DNA of 60,000 nt from Amphiscolops sp. MND2022 (taxonomy: Eukaryota), in the NCBI GenBank assembly GCA_964187785.1, contig OZ076409.1, forward strand, positions 23,562,001 to 23,622,000. Direction: 5' to 3'. Both the position numbers and the translations under genes were made by a program. The notes beneath the pieces were generated by a model. That model saw only the letters and a list, made by a program, of their open reading frames with translations. It was not told where the DNA came from and searched no databases. Positions 24,738 to 38,100 of this stretch are shown in pieces (the first letter of the stretch is position 1; the number at the start of each line of letters is the position of its first letter).

Positions 24738-26466
24738 AACACCCATCCCTCATTGCATTTCTCAAACCAACGACTGCTAACAGCAGTCATAAACAGTCTC
24801 GCTCCTTGACCGTAAAAGTAATTGTTTTACAATTACGACCCTGTATACCAGTACTCAACAAGCAGTATTGAAAATTCCGGACAACCTAGCACACAATCCA
24901 ATTAATACGATTAAATGACCATCCACTTCCGTCGTCACTGTTTGAGCTGTCTAATTACTTAGCGTCAACTACTACGTAAGAAGCAAACAAACGGTAACGC
25001 AACGACTGCAAACGCCAATCATCCCAACACTTGCGGCCCAGAAGCACACGTAGCAAGCAAAAATGTGAACGATAATTTATTCAATTCGCACCAAAACTAC
25101 CACGTCAACAAACGAAACGAAACACTTCGCTTAGAAAACCGTCGAAACACAACTAACGAAACGTGAACGAAAACAACGTTCCCTACAAGCGCAACAAACT
25201 AACAGTGACGATCTGCTGCCTGGAAAACGTTAAGACAACACAACCAATACTCCACCCATTTCGACTTAAACCCATAGTGCTGGCTGTGTGGGTGCGTCGT
25301 CGAAAAGCGCGCTTGTGTGGTTGGTCGTCACCATACAGATGAAGGTTGCTCTTTAGCAACTGGATTCAGTGTTAGTTTTGCATAGGTGGTTCCGACGAGA
25401 ATTCACCTTTTCCAATGAACTGAACACCGAAAATAACAAACCAACCATAGACGATAACACAACGCCGGTAAACAACAAGAGCTTGCCAAATTCAGAAAAC
25501 AATGAATACCCGACCCCTTAAAAATAACCAGATATGCGAAGGCTTCGCCTCGCTTGGGAAAAGATTCAGGAGTGCGCGGCCCCAACCTCTGCTTAGTATT
25601 AAAATCTACACACACCCATAGTTCTCAGTCTAACAACTTCCTACCACCGAAGTTAACATAATGTAAGAACTCGCGATCTTGACGACACACATCACGTATG
25701 ATGACGTCCCAGGACACACATCAACGATGATGACGTCGCGTACACAGACCGCTACATGTAATATATTGAAACACACTAAAATACATGTAAAATAGTCCCT
25801 AAAAATTATAACATGAATATTACATACACACAAAATAAGTCATGCATCAAACCAAGGATACACTCCTTGAGCCTTCCGTCATCGTAATGAACAAGCTGCT
25901 CAGTCACGTACCTTACAGTGCGGCGCTAAGGACTGGAAGGCCATGGTCTGAATGTCTCGTTACCATTCTCGAGCCTTCACTAACAACTTACATGAAAACC
26001 TGGCTCTCGAGTACTATGCACAGCACAGTTTGACGCGTGAAAAAAAATGTTTATGCTAATGGTTACCACAGTGACAACCATAACCAACATGAACTTCCTC
26101 AATAAATTCCCTGAACACGCCGTAACAATTAGAGCGTAAGTCCACTCGAAACCATAGCGAAGTATGGGTTACCCCTTACACACACTTAAGAAAGACAAAG
26201 CATAAACGTACATACAAGCAAAACAATTGAAAAACCTCTTGTGACGTCCGAACTGTCCAGTCCTAAGGAAAAACAAAGAAGAGTACTATGACGGTTGCAA
26301 CCATCTAATTAAATCACTAGAAAGTGCAAGACCTACTAAGGCCAAAACAAAAAAAAATTGCAGCATATAAAGCAAATCACAATATCAGGACTCAATAAAT
26401 ACACAAAAAGCTGAATACACAAAGAAATATGGAAAGTCTGATTACTAATACAAGTCCTTCTGCCAA

Positions 26467-29400
26467 CTAATACTCTGTAGAACGGCTGGAGCCGCCCTCG
26501 TTACTGCTTTCTTCGAGTGAAAAAGCCCGCCTGCTGACTTGTACAATTTCAGTCTCAAAGGTAGCCAGAGTGCGCTTCCCTTTCTTGTCCGGCTTCCCAC
26601 CGGTCCTCTGTCCGTGATTGCCCCCTGACGTCCTACTGACTGCTTTGCGCTTCGGAGCTGACTCACTCGGACCTGCTGACGACACTACGACCTCGGATTG
26701 CAATTTCGGCGCTTGAGCTGCTGAACGCCTTGATTTGACAGGACTCCGACGGGGAGCAGTTGGACTCGACTCCATTGTCCGCAACTGATTACAAACAGCA
26801 GACACATAATCGTCAATGACAGGGCAAGTAGGTAGTCCACCAGTCGTCTCCAGTACTGTGACACAGCGCCCAAGCGATTCATCAACCCCCCTCTTAACCA
26901 ATTGGTCCCAGGTGATAGCTCTGCCTTCATCGGTAAACCGCGAAACCTGCATGTCTGTAGTGCTGCAGTGTCTAACAAATCCAATCATCGAGCGTCGAGA
27001 ATGCCCGCCGAAACCACTCGACATCCAGCTTCGAATAATGTTCAAACTTGACAGCATGATACAGTCATCGAGGGCTGTGTCTCCTACATCCTGAAAATTA
27101 GCAGCATACGAATCATGGAGCATTCCCACAAAAAGAATCTCCACAATGCCCCGGAATTCTTGGCACCGGTCCCACGAAGGATATGACAGCCACAAAGACA
27201 TGGCATCGTCAATAACTGGCACCATCGAAGCATTGGACTCCCATCGATGCTTGAAGTAGTTGACTACCTCGCGATACTGCTGCAAGATGATGGCACCTTG
27301 ATCTCCTCTGCAAAGATCTCCAAAGCTGAGCACAGAAAGTGTACCCACAAGGATGTCTGTCAGCCGATCCATTGACACCGATTGTATAGCATAAGGATCC
27401 AGCGGCAACAAGCTGAGGTGCTTAACCCACCCTTGGTCATAATCGCCAATGCACGACTCGCACACAGTCCTGAGGAAATTCTGCACTTCTTTATAAAAGA
27501 AAGGCTTCTGGCTGACCACGTCGAAGCGGAAGTACTGGCCGAACAGCACTTGAAATCGGGCCTTGTCAACAGGCTTACTCTCGCCCAGTCGCAACTTCAA
27601 CACGGCGAGGACTTCAAAATCAGGTGGTAGCGATGAGGGTTCGACGACCAGAGACAATAACTCCCGAAGGAAAGCAGCCAGCTCCCGCTCGAACCACAAG
27701 TTCCGGTCTCGCCCAGCAGAACACAAGCGAGGACACTTTGCAACAACTGAAACACACAGGTGAATCACAACCAAAATGTTGAAAAACTACACACCCTAGC
27801 AACTCAGACGTCGATAACACCCAAATCCACAATTACAACAAAACTAGTACCGACACACCCGTACACAAGAAACACTCAAAACTCTTATACTGACCTGTCT
27901 CTGCCAGAAAATTCAAAACTGCAAATCGCGGCCTCGACAAAGCATCGTTGAAGACTTGAGTTTCCATACTGGCTATACTCCGCGTTTCGGACACAGTATT
28001 TGACCGGTGAACACCGAAGTAGGCACCGAGGTCGTCCCATCGCTCCACAAGTTCGGTGCACAGTGCCGACAACTCCTGGAAGCGCGCAGCACCACCACGG
28101 ACGAACTAAAACAAAATTAGCACCGAGTTAGAACGAAGCAGACCACGACCACACATTACCACACATACTCACACCAGTCCCCGAAAAAAAAAGAAAAAAA
28201 AATGCGCTAACAAACTTAAAATCAATTACCTCTCGAAGCCTTGGCATATTGTCAAATGACGAACCACCGATGACGGCGGCTAAACGGAACCGGAAATACT
28301 CCAACACGCAGAAGGGTTCCAGTCCACTCAACTCTCGCAGAAACGTGCGCCGCAGCAAATCCTTCAGCCAGTCCACATCGAGACGACGGGTAACCAAAGG
28401 TATGGCTGGGTGCGCGATGCTAGCTAAAGCACGCCCAAGACGCAGATTCTCTCCCACACTCACAGCACACAGACCCGCATGAGACTCCACACAGGCCAGA
28501 ACAGAGACAACGATCTTGAGTAGTGAGCGTTCCCACTCACCACCACCAGGAATAGCAGCTAGCACAACCATCTTGACTGTCAGAGCGTCAAAAATGTGGC
28601 AATCCACCCGCTTCAACGACCCATCAGTGCGGACGTGCAGACCAAACCGCGCCCCAGCAGAGAGTAGATCGCTCAGTTTCTCCATGACAAATGGATACAG
28701 GCCGTACAACACAAGACTCTACAACAAACATACAACAGTGACACTTCTCAGCAAGTACTGCCAACGAAAACAGTAAGCAACTGCAAACACGAACTAGCAG
28801 ACAAGAACCAACATTCACGAACAAAACATGTATTACCTGACATTTCGGGTATGATAGCACCCTCTCACTGAAAACCAGCTCGCCCCGCATGCTACTGGAC
28901 CACACTTCCATGGACCGCACAACGCTCGAAAAGTCCCTCAGTTCAACAAAGTTATTGATGAAGCAGCATAGCCAGAGGTATGAAGAACTGGACTCCGACA
29001 ACTCGGGTTTCGAACCAGCTGCCTCCTCTTCTAATTCAACCGCAATCCGCTCTTCAACAGTCAGCTTCACCTCTGACTCCAGAATGACAGGTGGCTCTGA
29101 CACTCTGGCTGCCCGAATTCTCCGATCCTCGTCCAATGACACGGGCCTACAGGACTTTTCCAATAGAGGCCTATTAGACATGATGCGGAAGCGCTGCTCA
29201 AGACGAGTGTGCTCTCGCCCTTTCCAATGATCCCACAAGTTGTGTAGCCCACGTCCGGCAATGCTTAAATCAACGTGGCACAGACGACACCTTGCGAACC
29301 CGTCCACCACACGTTTGTTTCGGGGGAAACCAACGAAGGTCCCCACGACCCCAGAAACGAAGAATGAGGGTTTCAACGTTTTGATAGCACGTTTCCGTCC

Positions 29401-30651
29401 TGCTAACACACAACACAAATCACATAGCACCACTGTCCAGCCAAAACCTTCCAAAAACAAAAAAAACGTGTTTGTCCTTAATCAGTAGTAGTACGTTATA
29501 TACACCTCTTATTTCTTTGTTTACCACCTAAAACTAAAACCCCTCACGTGATCTTTTGAGAGTTCTTACCAGGCTTTGATGTGGAGGCAACAGCGGACGA
29601 AGTCCCCCCAGAAGGAACGACGCTCTTTTCTCCAAACTCAGACGGCACATCAGATTCCACTGCCGCACGACGATCGTCCACACCAGAGATGCTCCCAGCT
29701 ACGGAGCGTGGTAGAGAAGAAGTCTCACCACCACGGGGAACGAGAGGAGCTTGACCCAGTTCTCGCAACGCTTCCTTCATTTTGTCCAGGAATTCCTCGA
29801 CAGCGAGGGCACCCACTGTCCCTAGCCGGCCCAAACTAGACTCGATTGCAGCCTTCACCCACTGCTGAATTTCCCGTTCTACACGTTGAAACAATTCAGT
29901 GAACTGCCCCACAATGACATCAGCTCGAACATTGGCATCTGCAAAGTAACCCTTAGTTCATAGCACCTACTTTGAACTCAACGACTGAAGGCATCTATCA
30001 CCGCCTGGTTAGAGAACAGCAACCGTATACTGCATGCATTGGTATTGAACAACAAAAGAACCAAAAGACCCCCCCAGCAGATAACTTAACTTCACAGTAA
30101 CCGTGAATTCACCTACCAAGTTGCGATGTCAGAAAGGCATCCAGTCGACGAAGGATGGGCGCCGCATCCGTCTCAGAACCCTCAGCAGTTCCAGTGGCTA
30201 TCGAAGCACGAAAGCGACGTAAATAACTGACCACGTCGGACATGTTGACATCAGCTACAAACACGAGAACACCCTATTTAAAATGCTACGCCTGACACTC
30301 CCTAACATTACGGGACTCAAACTTGAAAGTATGCAAACTTGAAGGAAAGACTTAACTCTCCCTTACGCTTTAGACATACCACTGATAGTAGTACAATATA
30401 CGAAGTGAGCACTTACCAAATTCCTGGGAGAGAACGACATCCAATAAATCGCTTAAACCAGCGATATTAGCAGAAGATACCCGAGCCGCAAACTGACAGC
30501 AGTAACTAGTCTCCAGCAATAATCCTGATAACTCCAGATCGCCTCCACTTCCACCTAGCTGAGCCCCCTCTCCGGTCATCTGATTCTCCACTTCAGCGAC
30601 TAACTCAGCTAATCCGGGACCAAAGGACTGACCTGCCTCATCATCAGACAT
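26467..30651 (-). CDS. Spliced antisense accessory gene of element B; zinc finger plus inactive hAT-transposase-like protein (1,095 aa model)
   Basis: Seven GT-AG exons 30651-30417, 30254-30117, 29938-29570, 29402-28837, 28718-28230, 28105-27895, 27746-26467 total 3,288 nt, all phases compatible with no stops. Zinc finger CRLCHVDLSIAGRGLHNLWDHWKGREH. Confidence 0.8.
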
Positions 30652-31453
30652 ATTGGATAACGCTGGGAGAAAAGGAAATAACTGAAACTCTCCGGGGAAA
30701 TAATAATCGGCGACGAAGACACGACTGCAAAAGCTCATTCTTCCATTTTTTGTTGTTATAGACTGATCACCTATTCCAATATACAATGGATACCTGATCT
30801 CCTCATCAAACAGTTTTACTCTAGTAATACTGGACATTCAAGGAACCATATTTTTGGACCTACTTCCACCAGACATCAAATGCTAATTACAAGAAGCAGA
30901 AAGAAAGCAGTCGTATTTCCCAGCCAAAAAAGACTAATTCCCCGAACAATCTTATCAGTACAAGCGATACCCGAAAAACACAGGACTAACAGTGCAAAAA
31001 ACAAAACATGGACATATTTTCATCATTGTGGAAGAATGAGCAAAAGGTTGACAAACGGAGGTGAATACTCTCAAATTAAAGCGGGATCAAATTTCAATTC
31101 AAACAGTAATTGACTCGACTGACTTTCACTATGGCAACACAACAAATCAATCAACTGCCGATGATCGATGAAAAGTTGCTTAAACAAACATCACGCTCAA
31201 TGCGCACTACACGGATGACGTGGCTGTCAAACCGTTTCTATAAATAGACTTCAACTTCCGACTACCTACTATTTGCCTGCCTCACCTTGTCCATTCACGC
31301 TTCCGAATGTTTCCAGAAGCTACATTGCCACCCACGCGTTTCTCTATACCTTGCATGCCACTTCAGCCGCTGTTCAATACTCCACTCAGATATCTGCTAC
31401 CTCTCAACTCGACCGTTCACCTTACCCATTACCCCTACAGCCTGCTCTCTCTC

Positions 31454-31466
31454 AAAAAGGGGGGAA
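31454..31466 (+). other. Polypurine tract
   Basis: AAAAAGGGGGGAA directly before the TG of the 3' LTR. Confidence 0.9.
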
Positions 31467-32577
31467 TGTCATGCCCGCGAAGCATGAAGGAATTAAACGA
31501 ACTCTAAAACATTAATTTATACATCAAACTCCCTAAAATACAGATCATCATGAAAATACATTGCAGTAATTTATTCCCCGAACAATACAGTACTCAATAC
31601 AATTAACAATACAATCAAGTTGAGAGTATAACGACTGGAACTAACAGTCATCAATACTAAATTCATTCATATTATTGTGCATCGTTTAGAAACCAAGACT
31701 GAAACAATCAGTCATCAGCTATCGTGATAGTTTGTGATTTAACAATTCTTCATCCATTTTTTATATTACATGTAAAGTATTACCAGAATATTCAATCATT
31801 CATAACAACTACATTTCGTTCATTCATATTATCAATTTGTACAATGCCTTTTAGTAATTATCCTCCAAACGATAATTGAATCAGTCACCATGATGATAAG
31901 AACACGCGGTAGTAAAGCCTCAGTTTAAGAGGCAATTGAGACAATTGCGTGCTAAAATGACTGGTGCTTGCGGTCATACTGGATCAAACATGAATAATTA
32001 AACGCCGATTATCACCCGTCACGACTGTAGCCACCAGTCGTCAAGTGCAATTAAACAGCAATTAGTAAATCGAATGTCATTGGCTAAAAGGAAAGGTGCT
32101 AACACACCTTTATAGTTACACAATCGGGTAAAACCGAACTCACTCACAAGTTATAACCATTGATATAACCAGTTGCCTACTACCTTGCTTACGAGTTGTC
32201 AATCCTTATTTTAACATTAAAACATTTCAATTCAACTTAAACTTCCAGACTTTTCATGGTAATTACCAGATCTCAAAGTAGTCAAAATAGACAAGTAGAA
32301 ACTGAAAATATGGATAGATCAAGCGATAACGAAAGTGAAGCCAGTTTCCCTGAACTTTTATCCAGAGACCAAATGGTAGACCTTGACTGTGACGACGTTT
32401 TAACTAGACGTCAAAACAGTAACAGTTATAACATTGACCAGCGATTTAATGAGATAAATAGACAAATCGGAGACCTTACCAATAAAGTCCTTACACTGAC
32501 CAATCAGTTTGCCTCCGTTCATGGAGAAGGGAACAGACTGAACCCAGCAACTACAAGTACTGACGGTCGTTTCGACA
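31467..32577 (+). repeat. 3' LTR of element B (1,111 bp), containing the Gag N-terminal ORF 32256-32591
   Basis: Direct repeat of 17648-18729; followed by TSD CTAAG. Confidence 0.97.
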
Positions 32578-33179
32578 CTAAGTTTTATTGAGAGCATCCA
32601 GATTTCGACAGCTTTTGACAATGTTTTAACTATCAAAAAGTTTAGGCGGCAAGCTATCTCGAATTTTGATCAAAAATACAGTGGTATTTTTTGTTTTGGA
32701 ATCGAATCAAACTTAAAAATAGTCAATAAACATTTTAATTTGGGGAATTTGGACGATTAGGGAATTTGGGAAATTGGGGAATTTGAAAGATTTCTGACTT
32801 TTTAAAAGTTTTCAGTTTACTGGTTAATAGTTTTCAACTTTTTTCGGTATAGACGTTGCATTTTATGATATTGTTCTGATTGAAAATTAATTGCCAAATC
32901 TTTTCTTCAAATAGAAATAAAAATGGTTTAGGGGGCAAAGTATGACCCTTTGGTAAATGCAGCAACATCTCATTTGTTTGTAGTCTTTTGTGCCATGGAG
33001 TCCTAGTATTTTCTCCAAAATGGCCTGATAATGTTATCGAAAAAACCTGGTTATAAGCATTTTTGTTGTTAGTTCATCTTAGCTTTGATTTTTTTCACGA
33101 TATATTGTGGAAAAATCAAGTCTAAAATGAACTTACAGCGAAAATGTTTCTCAACGTGATCTCACCTACATTTCTGTTG

Positions 33180-33362
33180 GAATTTTCGGAAAAGTTGAAA
33201 AATTGAGAAAAAGTTGCATAGAATCTAATAGCTGTCTAGAGAATTTTCGGAAAAGTTGAAAAATTGAGAAAAAGTTGCATAGAATGTAATAGCTGTCTAG
33301 AGAATTTTCGGAAAAGTTGAAAAAGTGAGAAAAAGTTGCATAGAAGTAATAGCTGTCTAGAG
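33180..33362. repeat. 61-bp tandem repeat, 3 copies
   Basis: GAATTTTCGGAAAAGTTGAAAAATTGAGAAAAAGTTGCATAGAAT.TAATAGCTGTCTAGA x3. Confidence 0.95.
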
Positions 33363-33369
33363 ATCAACA

Positions 33370-33647
33370 GAAAACAAGTCAAGAAAACCGTGGAAGCAAC
33401 CAAGAATTATATATTATTTTTGCAAAATGTTATGAATTGTTTGCAATCAATTGTCGCGTAGCATTTAGATGGTATTTTGACGAAAATATTATTCAGCGAC
33501 ACCTTAATAGATGCATCTCGTCCATTGTTGGGTTAGTTATATATACGCGACAATTGATTGCGACAATTGATTGCAAACAATTCATAACATTTTGCAAAAA
33601 TAATATATAATTCTTGGTTGCTTCCACGGTTTTCTTGACTTGTTTTC
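33370..33647. repeat. ~90-bp inverted repeat (foldback/MITE-like)
   Basis: 33370-33460 is the reverse complement of 33544-33647; the right arm has a 13-bp internal duplication; ~80-bp spacer. Confidence 0.85.
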
Positions 33648-35169
33648 AGTCTTGACTTGATATTTGTTCTTGACTTGATATGAAATTCAGTTATCAAATT
33701 CTGTGTGGAAACTCACTATATTTGTATGGATTGTTCAAGTAGCTCAATAGTTCAAATAACTTTGTTCAATAATTCAAATTTGATAATTGTAACAACTGCC
33801 AAAGATGTGTAAAATAATAGGAAAATGGAAGAATAAAAATGATCGTCACTGCTTTTATGTGTATGAAATTGTTATTGTATGAGCAACTGAGTTTCTATAG
33901 AGCTTGCTAAGAAATTGGACCTTTATATGCTAATTAAAACTTGGCTGACAATGGGCGAATCAACGCAGCAAACTTTGAAGATGCTAGATCATGGAAACAA
34001 TCAACGCGCAATTGTTGATGTCTTGGACATTCCTTTGTTATCCTACATTTAGTCGCAATCAAAACAAATTCCAAGTTCATATTTTGTGCTCAGCGCTGTT
34101 CAAGAGCGGGCATAAGCGTTGTGACGACGGGTACATGTTTTAACGTTTCTCAGGCACGATCTGAAGTTTTCAACAGAATTTTCCAAAGTTTTGCATGCGA
34201 ATGAAACTGCTGTGCTTCATGAATCACATTAAGAAAGCAACAATTTATGGTTTGACAAAAACTTGCCAAAACTCTTGACAGATATGTACTTTTCACCAAA
34301 ATGTTACGAAACTCAGTACGAGTCCCAGGAATTCTTAATGTTGCCACTAATCTAATATAAAAACCTCTTTTTAGTTTTGTTATAAACAAACCACTTTCTA
34401 GTTTGGAAACTGAGTCTAAGTTGAAAGCCTAATACTATACGAAGTAGTTCGTGTTTACGCAAGCAGTCTTTCAGTAACAAGTCAGGCGAGTTTCTCACGG
34501 GTATACAACGAAAAAGACTCAATACTTCCTCTGAAGTGACATATTTTGTTAGATTTATCAGATGTACTACATACCCACAAAATTACGATAACTTTTTGTA
34601 AAAAAAACAGGGCCATCGGTGAAAATTTCAACAAAATGCTGTTTTTGTTATCCAAAAAAATAATTGAGCCCAAACTTTCCAGATATTTACATTCATTAAT
34701 TTTTTTATGCTTAGATAACATCAATAGAAAAATCGACACATTTTACTTTACAGCAGAAAATTTGACAATGGAAGTAATTTTTTTGCTTTGTAATCAAAAT
34801 ACCTGTCGCAGGTCAATTTCAGCTTCAAGCCGTTCCAAAAAAGTTTTTTGTTTCTGCAGTTGACATAAAGTTTTGCTTTTCATATTTTGAGAGTCACATG
34901 CAAAAACTGGTAAAGAGAAATACAGCGCAATAAATGTTGGATTATATAGTACGATGAATAAGAAATCATTCCGTGGACGATTTAACGATCGATTTTCTCG
35001 ATATCAGTTGAAAATTTTGAAAAACATCAGAATTAAAGGTTTCATTTAGTTTAGCTTGTGGGCGTGCTCTTGCTTCCCAGCCACGCCATTCACTCATGGT
35101 AACCACCAGGCGAAGTGTAAAATACTTCGCCTTTAGTTTCAGGCAGAAATTGCTGGGGAACACTTTTAT

Positions 35170-38100
35170 AGAAATCCGCGCAGTAACAAAGATTTTTTTC
35201 TTGAGAGAATTCAAAGTAACAGGTTACTGCTGAGACCTTTGGTTGATTCTGTACGCTTTTCTAATGCTGAAGTGGATGTTCTAGTTGATTCATAGCATTG
35301 TTTCCTCCAATACATTTTTTGTTGCTCAAATAAGGTGGCCTCTTCTTAAAGGCTTCGTGGCTCACAATACAAAGAAGTTGCACTCCCAGTGCAAAATATG
35401 TTGAAACTTTTGCAAAGATTCTTACCAGGTGTTTCACAAAAATGTAAGATTGTTATCAAGAAGTTCAAGAGTTTTTTCACTGAGCTGTGCCTCTGGTTGT
35501 TCGTGAGTCTTTATTCGCCTTCATTAAACGCGCTTCTTTCCAACTTCCATCGCTAAACTTGAGTAACTCTTTATGCAACCTTCAACACACAAATTGTAGC
35601 AGACTGGGAATGAAGGCGAATAGTTTCAAAGCAGAAAAAATTTTGTTATTGGTTCAAAAAAATCGGTAATGATGTAGGTATAACCAAATCGTTAAAACTA
35701 CGTCCGGATTTCCTTTGGATCACATGATTCTTGTTGATTTCGTAAGGTCGTCGGAGTTTGGTGTCCAGAAACGCTTTATCAAAACCATTTTGCTACTTAT
35801 TTCGTTTTAAGAATAGCCAAACTCAACATCAATCGGTCTCAACGATTGATCGCAATACCCTTTGAAGGACATCAACTAACTACTGAAATGTGCACCAAGT
35901 TATTTACGTACGCAGTGGGTGCTACCAGAGTGAAAAAAAGCTTCGAAAACATTGACTTCTGAGAATATCCTAAATTACTTCAAAGTAGCTTTTCGGTCCT
36001 GAAACGCTTTATTAAAACCATTTTGCTACTTATTTCGATTTAAGAATTGTCAAACTCAACATCAATCGGTCTCAACGATTGATCGCAATACCCTTTGAAG
36101 GACGTCAACTAACTACTGAAATGTGGACCAAATTATCACGGACGCAGTGGGTGGGTGCTACCAGAGTGAAAAACCTTCGAAAACAATGACTTCTGAGAAA
36201 ATCCTAAATTACTTCAAATTAGCTTTTCGGTTCTGAAACGCTTTATTAAAACCATTTTGCTACTTACTTCGATTTAAGAATTGCCAAACTCAACATCAAT
36301 CGGTCTCACCGATTGATCGCAATAGCCTTTAAAGGACATCAACTAACTACTGAAATGTGCATCAAGTTATCACGGACGCAGTGGGTGCTACCAGAGTGAA
36401 AAATCTTCGAAAACATTGACTTCTGAGAAAATTCTAATTTACTTCAATTTAGTTTTTCTCAATAAAGAAAACTTTCGAGCTCCTCAAAACAAACTAAGAT
36501 CTTCAAAACAGTTGATGAAGTGTAAGTTAGGTTTGAAATTGAACCTGAGATCTTCTAAACCATTTCCGAAGTTTGCCTTGCATGCATTTGGAACTGTGCC
36601 TCGTGTTTCTAAAGTCATCCAGCTCCGGGGTAATTATCTTCGCGAAAAAAAGTATCGGAAAAAATGTCAATTAATGTAAAGCGTACTTTCGAAATGCGGA
36701 TGAAAATGATAAGTGTGAGGACTAAGGAAGAAAATGGGAAACTCGGTACTACAACCAAAAGTTTCGAAAAACCATGCTAGCTAATTATTTGGAGTACTAA
36801 TATGGCCAGGCACGAAAATGGAGGCAACAAGCAACGTGAAGGATACAAGAGCATAGGGCTCAACAAGGGAATATTAGAGCATATGGCTCGATGAGAGATT
36901 AATACCGCATAAGACTCCATTAGGAGATTAACAGAGCGTAAGGCTCGAATAAAAATCTTGAGGGAACATAGGGCTTTATGAAATCAAAAAAAAGACAAAG
37001 CAAATCTCGGGAAAAGTCACAAACTGCGTCTAAGAGGAATGCAAACATCGAAATGTATCGTTTGGTATAGCAAACGTCAAAAACGTCAGAAAAATAGACA
37101 AAGCATTACTGGAAATGTAGAACATTTTGGGCCTTCAGAAATCAAACCAGTTTTGTTCGAATAAATAGTTTCTCCATCAGTGGAACGGAAAAGCGTTGAA
37201 ACAAATTGAATGAATCAGCACAAGAAAAAATGCAAAAACAAAAAGCAAGATTTTCGGAATTGAGAGTACGTACAGCGCTGATGCTGGCTAAAAGTAAAGA
37301 CGAATGGACGAAAAAGTGGCGCTGATGTCAGAAGACAAAGTTCACAACTGACGACTCTTGAAAGGGTAACGTCAAGCCTCATCATCGTTTCTGCGACGCA
37401 AACCCGTGTCGTTACAGCGACGAACACCAACTCGTTACTGCGACGATGGAGTTGAAGATGAACAAGACACCCGCTAAACACCGGGATATTTTCCGCCTTA
37501 TCAAAGAAAATCAGGATGAGGCGAGATTCGAACCCAAAACTGACTGATTGATAGTAACTGAATAAGTCAAGTAACTAAAACAGTCAAGTAGTGGATGGAG
37601 ATCGTGAAGAATTTACCATTAGTAACTACTTGACTACTTTAGTTAAAAAATAGTCAAGTAGGGATGGAGGTGATGGAAATTTGGCAAAATTTGTAAAAAA
37701 AAATGCATCACAGATCATGATTTTCCTCCCCCATTTTATGTGGGCGGAAAATAATAATAAGTAGAGGAACTACGAAGGGATGTAAGGACTGAATACTCCA
37801 GCGGACTGCTTGACGTGCTCCACGCAGACACAAAAGGCCAGTCCAGGAAACCAGAACCTTGCCCTGACGTCCTTCATCAATCGAAATTGTTGTTTCAATC
37901 ACTGCTTCACAACGAGGCCACTTCTCCAGACAGCCAGAAAAGAAAATGAATCTCAGTTGTTAGAAAATGTTTAATCCGCTTGCACAATAGGGGTTTTTGG
38001 CTGTTATGTTTGGAGCACAAAGGGATGCGAAAGGAATTGAAGAAATAATTGATTCGTTGTTCATGTATAAAGCGAAGTTGTTTACATTAGACGATGAATT

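Larger units (their letters stand above)
17648..32577 (+). mobile_element. Full-length Ty3/Gypsy LTR retrotransposon (element B), 14,930 bp
   Basis: Two near-identical LTRs, TSD CTAAG at 17643-17647 and 32578-32582, PBS, PPT, gag, pol and an antisense accessory gene. Confidence 0.97.

Noticed and set aside
33900..35170. Short ORFs suggesting decayed coding sequence (also 37820-38560)
   Set aside because: No recognisable motif; cannot be assigned without a search.
37518..37560. tRNA gene
   Set aside because: Only a B-box-like 3' half is present; no A-box or cloverleaf.
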